A stretch of 63,413 nucleotides of DNA, filler included, from Stramenopiles sp. TOSAG23-2 (GCA_900128395.1; 4 parts of 4 records of this genome joined end to end with filler, not necessarily neighbours in it), one strand, 5' to 3'. Counted from the whole stretch's first letter, positions 32,259-43,846 are shown. Translations and numbers: made by a program. The notes: a model not told the origin generated them from the sequence alone.

Positions 32259-33255
32259 TCCCGTTAAAATGTATATGATTCAAAATCGATTTGGATTTCT
32301 AGGCCTTTTTCAAGCATGTTCAAATGCATTGCAAAATGGGGTATAGTTGATACAATATATCTCATGTCAATCAAAATATTAGTACAAAAATAGGTTCGAT
32401 TCTCATTATCACATGTATAGAGCCAAACTTAAGAGTAAGTTGATGACAACTGAGTGTCAGGAACATACTTTACTAACGACGTTTTAATTGCATATCAAAG
32501 TACTCTTACTATGGAATAGGCTTGTAAAACCTTAATAAAAGTGTCCAAAAATGTGCATTTTTAAGTGAAAATTCACTTTGGGTCTAGCGTTTCATGTAAA
32601 TGTAATATTTATTTTGGTTGGAGTTTAGAGATACAAGTTATATATATAAAGAGAGGATCTGAAACTTTATATGACTTCAAAATGTTGGAAATGATGTTTG
32701 AAGACGTAATGCAAATTTTATATATCTGATGAAATTTCTCAATTTTCGTACCCACTTTGGCGGAACTTTTAAAAATGAAAATAAAATTGGCAAAAATATT
32801 CGTGTTTGAGGTGTTATAGAAGTGTAGTATAAATTTGGTAGTCTAATTTACATATTTTTGTTAGAGTACTTAAAACTATAGTATAGAGATTTTTGGTTAA
32901 TTGATATTTGATATAGTAATGATAATTTTCCCTATCAAGTGTTTTTGTATTGGCGCTGTGTCGATGGTAGAATTAGCATTGACAGAGCACTAAAAACATT
33001 TTTTATTCGCCGGATTTCTAGTTCACACTATCAATTTGTACTTTTAGTATACAAACGGTTTTAAGGTTGTTTTTGTAGTAGTGATAGGTAAATTGTACTT
33101 GTTACATTATATGTGTTAGAATAATATAATTTTATGTTTTGATTGGTAAATATTTGGGTTGATCAGCAGTGAAAAAGCATTTTGTTGAAGAATAATAATT
33201 GAAGTGGTTGTTGAATCCTGGAATGATTGTTGAATAAATAATACACTAAATAAAT

Positions 33256-33483
33256 AATAATTTGCAAAACAGAAATACGAAATGTTCTTCAAGATATATA
33301 CATATATATACATACACACAAAAGACATCATTATCGCCTAATAATCATTACAATTTAGCAGCAACAATAAATAATTTGCAAAACAGAAATACGAAATGTT
33401 CTTCAAGATATATACATATATATACATACACACAAAAGACATCATTATCGCCTAATAATCATTACAATTTAGCAGCAACAATA
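33256..33483. repeat. Exact tandem duplication, period 114 (probable assembly artefact)
   Basis: TTTGCAAAACAG at 33261 and 33375; creates the spurious N-terminal extension of ORF 33262. Confidence 0.9.
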
Positions 33484-33501
33484 ACAATAAGAACAACAAA
33501 A

Positions 33502-34434
33502 ATGGCACGCATCAATATGTTATTCCAAATGCTTGTTCTATTATATTTACTAGTAAATATGAATACATTAACAATGGCAAAACCTTCACCAAATATGCCC
33601 TGCCATAATATGAAACAGTACATGCCACCTGAAATGTCAAGAAAATACAATATGTCGAAACATAACGGTACGTGGTATGAAGTTAGTTTCCGTGATTTAT
33701 ATCCTTGGGGTCCATTATGTGATTGTCAACAGTCGATTAAATATGTCAACTTAGAAAAAGGATATATGGATGATTATTTCGTGTTTACTTGCTATCCATT
33801 AGGATTACATTATATTTCCCCACAACGTGAAAATAAAACAAATAGTTCAAGTGGAAAATTGCATGAAAATGGATTGTATGATATGACAGTACGAAATTCC
33901 GATTTTAAATTTATAACACATTTTGAATGGAACACGGAAATGATTGGTTTTAAAGACGATGGACAAGATCAATACAAATGGGTAATTGAATTTCAATGTG
34001 GAACAAGGCCATATTTACCAAAATTCGTATGTCTTGATCGTACGGTTGATGATCATTGTTTCTTTACTGGAATTCAATTGTTTGTACGTGATTTGGATTT
34101 TATTGAAGAAGGGAGAATTGAAATGTTTGAATATATTCGATCATTAGGTCCAGAAGTCTCAAATTCATTGCCAATTGCGTGGGTGATGGATGATTTTGGT
34201 GGTGGTACATTTCCACCATGGTTTAAAAATGTAACTGAACATCGTGATAAAAAAACTGGACAAGATAATTGTCCAAGACCATGTGCACATGGTGTTTTTA
34301 ACGAAACAACAAAAATGTGGGGATGTCCAAAAGAACATAAAGGAAAAAAATTAAGAATCGCGTCACCTGGAGTAAGATTACCACAAGAGTTATTGGATGG
34401 TACGATGATGTCAGAAGAATTAGAAGAAGTATAG
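33502..34434 (+). CDS. Secreted lipocalin-like protein
   Basis: Signal peptide MARINMLFQMLVLLYLLV; lipocalin SCR1-like YNMSKHNGTWYEV followed by CDCQ; Cys-rich C-terminus. Confidence 0.65.
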   Translation: MARINMLFQMLVLLYLLVNMNTLTMAKPSPNMPCHNMKQYMPPEMSRKYNMSKHNGTWYEVSFRDLYPWGPLCDCQQSIKYVNLEKGYMDDYFVFTCYPLGLHYISPQRENKTNSSSGKLHENGLYDMTVRNSDFKFITHFEWNTEMIGFKDDGQDQYKWVIEFQCGTRPYLPKFVCLDRTVDDHCFFTGIQLFVRDLDFIEEGRIEMFEYIRSLGPEVSNSLPIAWVMDDFGGGTFPPWFKNVTEHRDKKTGQDNCPRPCAHGVFNETTKMWGCPKEHKGKKLRIASPGVRLPQELLDGTMMSEELEEV

Positions 34435-34579
34435 CATGTTTTTTCTTTCGTAAAAAGTAAAATAAAAAAGCGTCACCTGGAGTAAGATTACCACAAGAGT
34501 TATTGGATGGTACGATGATGTCAGAAGAATTAGAAGAAGTATAGCATGTTTTTTCTTTCGTAAAAAGTAAAATAAAAAA
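34360..34579. repeat. Exact tandem duplication, period 110, spanning a stop codon (probable artefact)
   Basis: CGTCACCTGGAG at 34361 and 34471. Confidence 0.9.
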
Positions 34580-35069
34580 ATAGTAATCATTATATATAAT
34601 ATATAGTATGATATATGCATAACATTTATATTTATTAAATTAGTACATCATAATAAGTTTATCTATTGCTGCAATTATTTGCCTTTTTTTTTATTTTTCA
34701 TTTCGTTTTTTTTTAAAACTTGAAGAGTGCAAGATCAATAGCAATATTGATGAGTTTTCGGCCTCTATGACTAGTATAAATCGGGGTTGAAACGTTATAA
34801 CTAATTTATACCAAAAATATATGCATATCCACATTTTGCTGAAAGCAAAAACACATTGGCACATTGATTGATTTTATTGTGTGTAAATATTACAGAAACA
34901 TATATATATATATATGTATCAAATGGAATAGATGTTGTGACATATATAGCGGTGGTAAAATATAGTGGTTGTAAGCGTATTTCTATTTTTGTTTTATTTA
35001 TTTATTTATCGCCCAGTTGTCGTCTCTCGTCTACGTGTGATTTATATCTCTCTATAAAATATATATATC

Positions 35070-35996
35070 ATGAAAAAATATAATCCTCGTCTTATTTTCA
35101 ATTGTATATTTTGTGCTATATTGATTATATATATCATTTATCAAATATTATTAGTTGCAAATCTTCCTGATTATTTTAAACGTAATATTGTAACAATGGA
35201 TGTAACAAGAACAATTACTGGTGTATATTTAGGTAAAGCAGTAGGAACATTAATGCCAAAGATACCTGAAAATGTAGCAAAGAAATTATTAGGTTTTCCA
35301 GCAAATCCAAAAGCATGTGAATCAATAGCAAGAATAGGAAATATTAATGATGGTGGTAAATTTATTTGTTTAGATCATATGAATTTCACAAAGTCATCCT
35401 CTCCATCATGTACTGTTTATAGTTTTGGTGTTAATTTTGATTTTTCATTTGATAAAGCAATGGCACGATTAGGATGTAAAATACATTCATTTGATCCTTT
35501 TATGTTTTTGCATATACCGAAAAATTTGCGTAAACAAGTGAAAAAAAAAATAATTCCACACGAAGTTCATTTTCATTCAATCGGATTAGGTTTTGACGAA
35601 AATATAAATCGTACAAAAAAAAACAATGACGACGATGATGATGGTATTGTTTTTAAATCGTTGTCATCAATTGCAAATGAAGTAGGTGATAAACAAATAG
35701 ATGTTTTGAAAATTGATATTGAAGGTTCGGAATGGAATATATTAGATAAATTCATTGATCAAGATTTAGATCAAATAGATGTGAAACAAATATGTATTGA
35801 AATTCATTTAAATCATAGAATAACTAATCCACGTCAAGTACAATCAATTTTAACAAAATTATATCATAAAGGATATGAGTTGTGGAATAGGGAAGATAAC
35901 ATTCCACATTCGATGTTTATTGAATGGGGTGGTTATCATATACGAAATGCATATGAGCTTTCTTTCATTAAAACGACAACAAAAAACAAACATTAG
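35070..35996 (+). CDS. METTL24-like (Methyltransf_22) type II membrane methyltransferase
   Basis: N-terminal TM anchor; RIG..NDGGKFIC, CTVYSFG..DFSFD, GCKIHSFDP, IDVLKIDIEGSEW, QICIEIH. Confidence 0.87.
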   Translation: MKKYNPRLIFNCIFCAILIIYIIYQILLVANLPDYFKRNIVTMDVTRTITGVYLGKAVGTLMPKIPENVAKKLLGFPANPKACESIARIGNINDGGKFICLDHMNFTKSSSPSCTVYSFGVNFDFSFDKAMARLGCKIHSFDPFMFLHIPKNLRKQVKKKIIPHEVHFHSIGLGFDENINRTKKNNDDDDDGIVFKSLSSIANEVGDKQIDVLKIDIEGSEWNILDKFIDQDLDQIDVKQICIEIHLNHRITNPRQVQSILTKLYHKGYELWNREDNIPHSMFIEWGGYHIRNAYELSFIKTTTKNKH

Positions 35997-36378
35997 CTTC
36001 GAAATATACAGTAGGCATACTTTGTTAGAGAGGACCTCTCTATACTTTGTACAGTAGAACAAAATTGTGCAAAATGAAAATGGTGTGTTTTGTTGGGTTT
36101 AAAATTTTTAAGGGAACGTGACGGCTCCGACAAAAAACCTTAAACAAAAGAGAACTTTGTGCGTTTTACCCCCGGGCATGGAAAAAACGTTAGCGCTAAG
36201 CTAAAGCCATATTTACTCATATTATAGAATATATATATATATGTACTGAACATGAATCACATTGTATATATATATATATATATATACATATGATATAAAT
36301 ATATAAAAATCTAATCCACACCGTATAAACATATTTGTAAACACACACACACACACACTACAAGATCAATACAACAAT

Positions 36379-37069
36379 ATGGCAACTTCCACCAACAACA
36401 CCACACAACAATAGAAATCGACGAGCATCTCATGTAAAATATTTGCCAGCTGATAATAATAATAATAAAAATAATAACAATGCTTCTCATACGCAACCTG
36501 AATCTGAAATTGTAAACAAAAAAGAAAATCAAATACGAATATCTACTAAAATAGATTATAACGAAAATGATAATAATGGCAAGTTACGTACAGGAAATAC
36601 ATTTTCATTCGATCATTCACCAAACTTTGTACGACGAAAAACATCACCGACAAAAGAAAATACATGGTTACCAAGTAATCGTATCCAAAGTAAAAAATCG
36701 AATGATATAAGACGTGAATCAAGTAACTTTAAATATTTTGCTAGATTAGCAAATAGTACGAATTATGATATTGATGATAGTATCAAAGGAGTTTTACCAC
36801 CATCACAAAAACCACCTGTAGCGATAACAGAATTATTCAAAAAGGAAGAAGATATCCTACTAGAAGATAAGGAAGAAGGTAAAGAAGAAGAAGAAGTAGA
36901 AAAAGAGCAACAAAATAAAGAGGATCAAGGTAATAATAAAGAGGAGGAGCAAGAGAAAGAACAGGAAGGTAATAAAACAGTAGAAAGAAAAAATGATGGA
37001 AATGAAAGAACAATTACCGAAACAGGGATGGTCAATGGGGAGGAGATGCAAGAAAAGAAGAAGGTGTAA
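36379..37069 (+). CDS. Hypothetical low-complexity protein, apparently frameshifted near its start
   Basis: ATG at 36379 (MATSTNNTT) reaches TAG at 36412; the +1 frame (NRNRRASHVKYLPA...) is open to 37069 and has an acidic C-terminus. Confidence 0.45.
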
Positions 37070-37110
37070 AAAGTATTATATATTTTTGGGGTTTTCTTTA
37101 ATACTTGGTA

Positions 37111-38327
37111 CTGTAATCCCTAGATTTTGGGCTACCAGGGGATTATAATACGATTCCGCCCCATAAAAAATTAAATTTCCGCAAAAGTTGTAGGAAAGTT
37201 GGAATTACTACCACACAGCATAGGCTCAACTTTGCCGAAAAGTCCCAACGCCAAAAATGAACTCATCGAACTTTTTCAGCTAAAATCCTTAAACCAGGCC
37301 TCAAAATGAAGGAAACGAGCTGGAATGGTCGATAGACACCTGGAAAAATGCCTATTTTCTCCCTGATAGAGCGATGTAAAAAAATTAGGATAGGGGATTG
37401 TATATGTAATCGTACTTAGAGTATACAATGAGGAAGGAAAGTATAAACTGAATCACAAAAAAAAAGAGGACAAATAATAATCTATGCACCGCCGCAGCAC
37501 AATAAAATGAATAATGAAAATTAAGCCATAAAATAATTAATAATAAATATAATATTAAATGTGTACATGTATACATATGTATACATGTTTATGTGTACAA
37601 TCAATAAGGATGCACACGCACCATCTACATCGCCCGCCACGCTTTACAAAAAACAAAACACATTTATTAGATGGTAAATGAATATATGATATCATATCAT
37701 AGGAGCTGATTTTTTTTGCTCCAAAAATCTTGACAGTATGGTGTACACTAATGGCAACAAATAACCTATGTAAATTCATACTTGAACACCACTCAACCTT
37801 GAAATCTGATTACATTTGTTCTATGGCAATTTGCTCGCCTAATGCTAAACACATGCTTTTCATTTTTGCACTATTAGCAGGTAGACATCACCTCGACGAC
37901 GGGATATCTTTTTTGCTTGTTTTCAAGTTTTTTTACATGGCAATAGCGTTATGCAAATTGGAGGGGGTAAAAGTACCATAAATTATTTTTATCCATGTAA
38001 TATATTATTATTTTTTATTCCATGATGATTAACGTTTTAAATTAGTGCCATCATCCAGAAAAGCGTCTTCTATCTATAAATATCCGTCTTGAATACCTGC
38101 TGCGGACTTTTTTAACGTCTGTTTGAAGTTGTTGGAATCAATGCTATTCGCCTGGGAGTTCTTAGCAGTGTTGGGATGTTTAAGTACGGTGGAGAGCTAT
38201 CAACAAAGTGTACGGCTTTCATGTTTTAGGAGTCTTGAAATTGGGTGGTATTAGCAGGCACACACTATGGACTAATGCTATACGCCTCTATAACGTTAAG
38301 TTGGTGTGTATTTTCTAGGGATTACTG
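37111..38327. mobile_element. Non-autonomous or decayed Tc1/mariner/pogo-like TIR element
   Basis: TA|CTGTAATCCCTAGA ... TCTAGGGATTACTG|TA: 14-bp TIR with one mismatch, CAGT-type end and TA on both flanks. The interior has only stop-interrupted frames. Confidence 0.6.
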
Positions 38328-38761
38328 TATATCAGGCCAATTAAAATCCAATATTTCTCTCGGGATTACTAAAACTGTATTTTATAGCTGAGCATACTGC
38401 TGTGCTATATGATGCTACCTTGTATTTACCTGCTATACTTTTTTTGCGAATTGCGAATCTCGACGACGGAAGAAATATATCATGGATTAGACCGATAATA
38501 CCCATATATAAAAAGGTAAAATACGAAGGAGTAAAGTAACATAGATTAGGAGAAATCAATTAAGATCAGTATTGAATGAACCATCTCAAAGGCACAAGAT
38601 AGTGGATATTTATATATATACATAAACTAATTATCCAATATTTTAAAATTTTATTTTATTTTCTTCATATTATAGTTTGAAATAATTTTAAAAAGCCTAT
38701 ATATATATATTTATAATTGATAATCATTTATAATAGATTTATTCGAAGAACAACGAAAGCG

Positions 38762-39592
38762 ATGACAGATATCAATAATATAACAGTAGGTGTAGTCGCA
38801 TTGCAAGGTGCATTTATTGAACATTGTGAGATATTAGATAAGCATAGATTTATTCGAAGAACAACGAAAGCGATGACAGATATCAATAATATAACAGTAG
38901 GTGTAGTCGCATTGCAAGGTGCATTTATTGAACATTGTGAGATATTAGATAAGCTGAATGTAAAAAACAAACAGATACGTACAATCGAAGATTTTGAAAA
39001 TGTCGATGCGTTGATATTACCAGGTGGAGAAAGTACAGCAATGGCAAAAGTATCTTCATTAGGTGGTAATTCAATTTTTCAAGAAATTTCAAAGTTTGTC
39101 AAATCCAATAAACCGGTATGGGGTACATGCGCTGGTTTGATATTATTAGCGGATAAAGTCGATGGTCAAAAGAAAGGTGGTCAAAGTTTAGTTGGTGGAT
39201 TAGATATTATTGCTAGTAGAAATTTTTTTGGTGCACAAGTGAAATCCTTTGAAGCACCATTGGAACCACCACCATTAAGTGGCAATGATAATCATGTAAC
39301 AAAAAAAAGAAAACTTAATAATGAAGAGAAGGTGGTGGAGGAAGAAGATGGTGTTGGTAGCAATGGAACATTTAATGGTGTGTTTATACGTGCACCTGCA
39401 ATATTATCGACTGGAAAAAATGTAGAAGTTTTAAATACAGTCGATATAGTCAAAGAAGATGATACACATGATAAAGTTATAGTAGCGGTAAAACAAAATA
39501 ATCTTTTAGCAACTGCATTTCACCCAGAATTAACAGATGATTCTAGATGGCATCAATATTTTGTTGAAGACATTGTTAAAAAAAAGTCATAA
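38762..39592 (+). CDS. PDX2: PLP synthase glutaminase subunit (Pdx2/PdxT/SNO); first ~37 codons duplicated
   Basis: VGVVALQGAFIEH, LPGGESTAM, WGTCAGLILL, RNFFGAQ..SF, VFIRAP, ATAFHPELT (C-H-E triad). A 111-bp tandem duplication covers 38733-38954; second ATG at 38873. Confidence 0.95.
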   Translation: MTDINNITVGVVALQGAFIEHCEILDKHRFIRRTTKAMTDINNITVGVVALQGAFIEHCEILDKLNVKNKQIRTIEDFENVDALILPGGESTAMAKVSSLGGNSIFQEISKFVKSNKPVWGTCAGLILLADKVDGQKKGGQSLVGGLDIIASRNFFGAQVKSFEAPLEPPPLSGNDNHVTKKRKLNNEEKVVEEEDGVGSNGTFNGVFIRAPAILSTGKNVEVLNTVDIVKEDDTHDKVIVAVKQNNLLATAFHPELTDDSRWHQYFVEDIVKKKS

Positions 39593-39880
39593 AAAAGTGA
39601 GAGAGAAAACCATATCTGGTTTGGTACACGAAGTTTTAAATTGTGTCATTTTAAAATAGAAAAAGAGAATGTTTTACATTTTTCTTAAAAATTATACGTT
39701 CGTAGTCTATACGAAAACAGATATATTTTTGCTTTTTATTTCAGAACACACCACATGTTTTTTTACATTTTATTTTTTGCGTGCGGTGTGATTTTTAGAA
39801 GAATCCAGGATGTTGCATTTTTTTTAAACACGTTACACAAAGGAAATTAAACTTCTCTCCTCTCTCTTCTTCTTGTGTGT

Positions 39881-42163
39881 TTAATGTGAATGCTCATAAT
39901 AAATACCATATTCATCTTCATATCTTTCTAACATTTCTGCTGCTTCAACATTTTTTAAATGTGAAGCAATGTCTTTTGCTGTCCTATGCCTTTTATCAGC
40001 TATTTTTAAACTAGTTGGAAATAATTGAACCAACCATGGAATAAGATCAACACGATTAAAATCCGCTGCATAATGTAGCGGTATCCAACCCAAGTTATCT
40101 TTATGGTTAATACAGCCATGATAAAAACTATAAATCAATTTTATAACTTCGACGCTAGCATTATTCCTAATTGCTATGTGAAATGGTAATACCCCACCAA
40201 CACCTTCAGTTTCACAATCATGTGGATGGCATTTATGCAAATACGAAACTGTTTCAACGGTAGTCCTTTCCCATTTATCACTTGTACTGTATAAATTGTC
40301 AATTTCTCTAGCCAATAACCAATATTTTTTACGCAATAAACTATTTCCTATATTGCCAACTTTTTCATTTTCATCTAATTGGTGTTTGTATTTATTTTCT
40401 AAATTTGTCAATAAATCAATAGCCATTTTACTTTTGCAATAAATTGCACGTTTCAATGGCGTTTTCCCTTCTGTATCTTGCATACGTAACGCATAAGGAA
40501 ATTTTTGAACTAAAAATGGTATATGCATTCCTCTATTTTTTTCAGCAGCTATATGTAAAGGAAGGAATTTATATGAATCTTTATATTCAATGGATTTTGG
40601 ATATAATTCATATAATTTTTTCACTACATCTTTTTTAGCATCACTGTAAATGGCATAAAATATTGGTAACCATTGCTTTGCATCGGTTCCATCAGGAGTT
40701 TTAACATGATGTGGACTTTTAATATGTAAATTTCGTACATGCTTAACACTAGTATATTCCCATCTTGTCATATTTTTAGAATATAATGTTTTGATTTGTC
40801 CAATATTTTTACGTGCAAATTTAATATAATCCTTTTCATTCATTATTTTCATGTTAAATTCTATTTTCAATAACAAGTCTCTCGCTGCTTTACATTTATT
40901 TGTATCTTTATATGAACCAGCTTTTGCTAAATCCAATGCAGTGCATTCTTGTTTATTTTGTATTGTCATACCTTCTGGGTATTTATCTGTTAGAAATGTA
41001 AGAATATCTGCAGAAACATTATTACGAGCAGCATCATGCAACAGTATTTCACCATTATTATCTCTATGTCGTATGGAATATGGATTTAATTCATACAACT
41101 TTTCTATAACATCAATCGGTGCATTATTCTGCACTGCATAATTAATCGGTAACAAGCCATAACTATTAGGTTTATGAACATCATCAGGATTGTCATTATT
41201 CAATCGTATGATTGTATTTACCGTTGTTTTTACCCATCTTGATTTTTGCGCAAATTCTTCACTGAATGTATTGCAATACAATTGGTTAATTTGATATTTT
41301 TCTATTATTCGTCTAGCTTTATTGCTAATTTTTAATGTTTGCAATCGCAATCTTTCCTCCCGTTTCTTTTGTTTTTTTGCTAATATTTCTTTCTTACTTT
41401 TCCGTTTTCGTGTCCCTGCTGCTGCTGTCGTTGTTGTTCCTAAATCGGTATTGTCATTTGATGCTGGTGTTGGTGATTTGGATCTTGATCTTGATCTCGA
41501 TTTAGATTTTGGTCGTAGTATTGGTGATTTTGACCGCCGTGCCTTTTCTCTTTCTATTTCTACAGCAGCTTTTTTTGCTTCATCTTGTGCTTCTGCAGAG
41601 AACATTTTTTTCTCTTTCCATGAAGCATTTTTCAATTTCATCCTATTTTCCAATATTCTTTTCCGTTTCACCCTTTCTATTTCTTTTGTATTATCTTTTG
41701 TAATCATTGAATTTAAGTAACTTTCAAACATGTTATATGCTTCCATTTTATCAAAACGTAAAGCTAAATCTATTGGTGTATTAGTTACTATATCTTCAAC
41801 TAAAATACCAGTTGGAAACTTATTATATAGAAATGGGATAATATCAATTCTATTTTTCTCTGCTGCCCAATGTATCGGCAAGTACCCATTTTTTTCTTGA
41901 TGTTTTAAAGCATTTGGATACAATTCGTATATAGTAAAGATAACGTCTTTCGTAGCATCACCAATAATAGCACGATGTAATGGTAACCTTGCATATTGCC
42001 TATCCTTTGTTTTAACATAGGCTGAATTTTGTTGATGTATTTGGTTAATTGTTTTCACCGACGTATTCAACCATTTATTATTTCCATGATGATCTTCCTC
42101 CCACCAATTAATTTGATCCGTTGGCGGTGTATATGGTCTACCAACTGCCGGTACAAGCGACAT
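39881..42163 (-). CDS. Ankyrin-repeat protein built from four similar modules
   Basis: Recurrent W..T(S/T)V...LPLH.A...LYP......D..G.LPLH.AA..NR modules; an RS/K-rich linker after module 1. Confidence 0.88.
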   Translation of the reverse strand: MSLVPAVGRPYTPPTDQINWWEEDHHGNNKWLNTSVKTINQIHQQNSAYVKTKDRQYARLPLHRAIIGDATKDVIFTIYELYPNALKHQEKNGYLPIHWAAEKNRIDIIPFLYNKFPTGILVEDIVTNTPIDLALRFDKMEAYNMFESYLNSMITKDNTKEIERVKRKRILENRMKLKNASWKEKKMFSAEAQDEAKKAAVEIEREKARRSKSPILRPKSKSRSRSRSKSPTPASNDNTDLGTTTTAAAGTRKRKSKKEILAKKQKKREERLRLQTLKISNKARRIIEKYQINQLYCNTFSEEFAQKSRWVKTTVNTIIRLNNDNPDDVHKPNSYGLLPINYAVQNNAPIDVIEKLYELNPYSIRHRDNNGEILLHDAARNNVSADILTFLTDKYPEGMTIQNKQECTALDLAKAGSYKDTNKCKAARDLLLKIEFNMKIMNEKDYIKFARKNIGQIKTLYSKNMTRWEYTSVKHVRNLHIKSPHHVKTPDGTDAKQWLPIFYAIYSDAKKDVVKKLYELYPKSIEYKDSYKFLPLHIAAEKNRGMHIPFLVQKFPYALRMQDTEGKTPLKRAIYCKSKMAIDLLTNLENKYKHQLDENEKVGNIGNSLLRKKYWLLAREIDNLYSTSDKWERTTVETVSYLHKCHPHDCETEGVGGVLPFHIAIRNNASVEVIKLIYSFYHGCINHKDNLGWIPLHYAADFNRVDLIPWLVQLFPTSLKIADKRHRTAKDIASHLKNVEAAEMLERYEDEYGIYYEHSH

Positions 42164-42604
42164 GGTAATGATGATGTGGTTGGTGATGATGATGATGGTT
42201 AAATATACTTGTACTTTGGTTTTTGATATGTTATATTAAGTATTCTATATTTACAGTAGTATATATATTATTGTCGTAAACCAGGAGAGGAGGTAATAAT
42301 AAGATAAAAAGTCTGCAAAAAACCGATAAAATTAATAATAACATATAGGAATACCATTCAATGCTATCTACCACCTGGTAGTGTATGTACCTCTAGCGAC
42401 CACGATTTTGTAAAAAATGACTTCTACCTGATGCACTTTCATGTAAAAACACCATAAGAATACCTGGTGGTGGTTATTATATATTTTATATATGCACACA
42501 CAAAATATATAGAAATAGTACAAATAGAAATATAGCTAGCTATTTTATAGAAATATAATACATACATCAAACAAATATACAATCAACTACATATACAACA
42601 AACA

Positions 42605-43846
42605 ATGGAAGAACAAAAACTTGTCGACGAATTACAATTTATGAATAAGAACAACAATAATAAACTCACTGATTACATACAATTTAGTAAACAACGTACA
42701 TATATAAATAATTTCAATGAATCTAATTGTGAAATGTGCAAATTCAACCCTAATAATGTAAGTGATGATGATGAGAAAAAATCATTGCAACTAGCATATT
42801 TATTGCAAGTGGAAGAAAACGAAGAGATGAAAAATGATGATGAATACATTGCTAAAATGATGATGGGTGATGAGGGAATTGATCAATATTTTGGATCCAA
42901 AAATGCTCATGGTGAAGAACTTATTCAATCATTATCGTATCCATTATTATCATTGGATGGTGCAAAAAATATAAAAATTTTTCATTCGCCAGAGATACTT
43001 TCATGTTGGGTACCACAAACTGCATATTCATGTGGTGCAACTTCAGTAGCAAACGTAATAAACTCGCTTCAAAAAAACGCAACAAATGTAAAACAAAGAG
43101 ATGAAGTGACTACCCAACATCTTTTAAACATTTATGTACAACAAAATAATGGAACGTTACGAAATTTAATATTACAATTTGAAAAAAAATATTTAGAAAT
43201 AAAAATTAATGATATGTTTACAAGTTTTAAACGTACTATATTTAGAAAAAGTAAAACAACGTTTTATGATTATTCCAAAGATGAATTGTTTGAGCTAGCA
43301 ACAGATTGGTTAGATGATGAAGATATTGAATACAATAAAGATATGCTTACGAAATTAAAAGGTATTTTAAGAGTTAAACGTGGATTAGCAAAATTACAAC
43401 GTAAAGTCAGTCCTGGGCCACATACTTCTGTAGTTGGAAATTCCAGTTTAATGAAAGCTGCTGAAATTGCAGCATCAAAACATACAAATATAAATTTAAA
43501 TGCTCGTATATTCATATCAAATAGCAAAAAGCGACCAGAACAAGAATCGTGGAATATGTTAAAAAAATCATTGCAAGATAAAAATTCACAAATTATTTTT
43601 CATTTAACGAATCATTATGCTCCAGTATACGCAGCAAGAGAATATATGCTTCATGGAAAATTGCAAAGACAAATTTTAACATCATATGCTGGTCAAAAAC
43701 CTTCCGCATGGATTCACTGGACAGATGCATTGAAAATTATTAATAAATGGGCCGGTTATAAATTTATGATTTTTGAATTGGTTACAAATAGCAAGATGAA
43801 ACGCAAAGTTGGTAAACATCCACATCGAATGAAATTATCCAATTGA
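42605..43846 (+). CDS. Papain-fold (C39/BIVM-like) cysteine peptidase candidate with N-terminal ubiquitin-binding-like motifs
   Basis: PQTAYSCGATSV (Q...C) and IFHLTNHYAPV (H); TYIN-x6-CEMC; SLQLAYLLQVEE. Confidence 0.55.
   Translation: MEEQKLVDELQFMNKNNNNKLTDYIQFSKQRTYINNFNESNCEMCKFNPNNVSDDDEKKSLQLAYLLQVEENEEMKNDDEYIAKMMMGDEGIDQYFGSKNAHGEELIQSLSYPLLSLDGAKNIKIFHSPEILSCWVPQTAYSCGATSVANVINSLQKNATNVKQRDEVTTQHLLNIYVQQNNGTLRNLILQFEKKYLEIKINDMFTSFKRTIFRKSKTTFYDYSKDELFELATDWLDDEDIEYNKDMLTKLKGILRVKRGLAKLQRKVSPGPHTSVVGNSSLMKAAEIAASKHTNINLNARIFISNSKKRPEQESWNMLKKSLQDKNSQIIFHLTNHYAPVYAAREYMLHGKLQRQILTSYAGQKPSAWIHWTDALKIINKWAGYKFMIFELVTNSKMKRKVGKHPHRMKLSN

Noticed and set aside
33262..33501. Repeated N-terminal extension of the lipocalin-like ORF
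   Set aside because: TTG start, (TA)n leader-like sequence and an exact 114-bp duplication; the signal peptide begins at ATG 33502.
38717..38872. Pdx2 with a genuine duplicated N-terminal domain
   Set aside because: An exact 111-bp nucleotide duplication that includes 5' leader sequence, of the same class as neighbouring probable artefacts.
43844..43846. Genome-wide TGA reassignment (in-frame TGA here and at 28-30)
   Set aside because: TGA terminates dusA, the chromodomain gene and the HAD gene right after a CaaX motif. Conserved Trp/Cys use standard codons, and long ORFs have no internal TGA.
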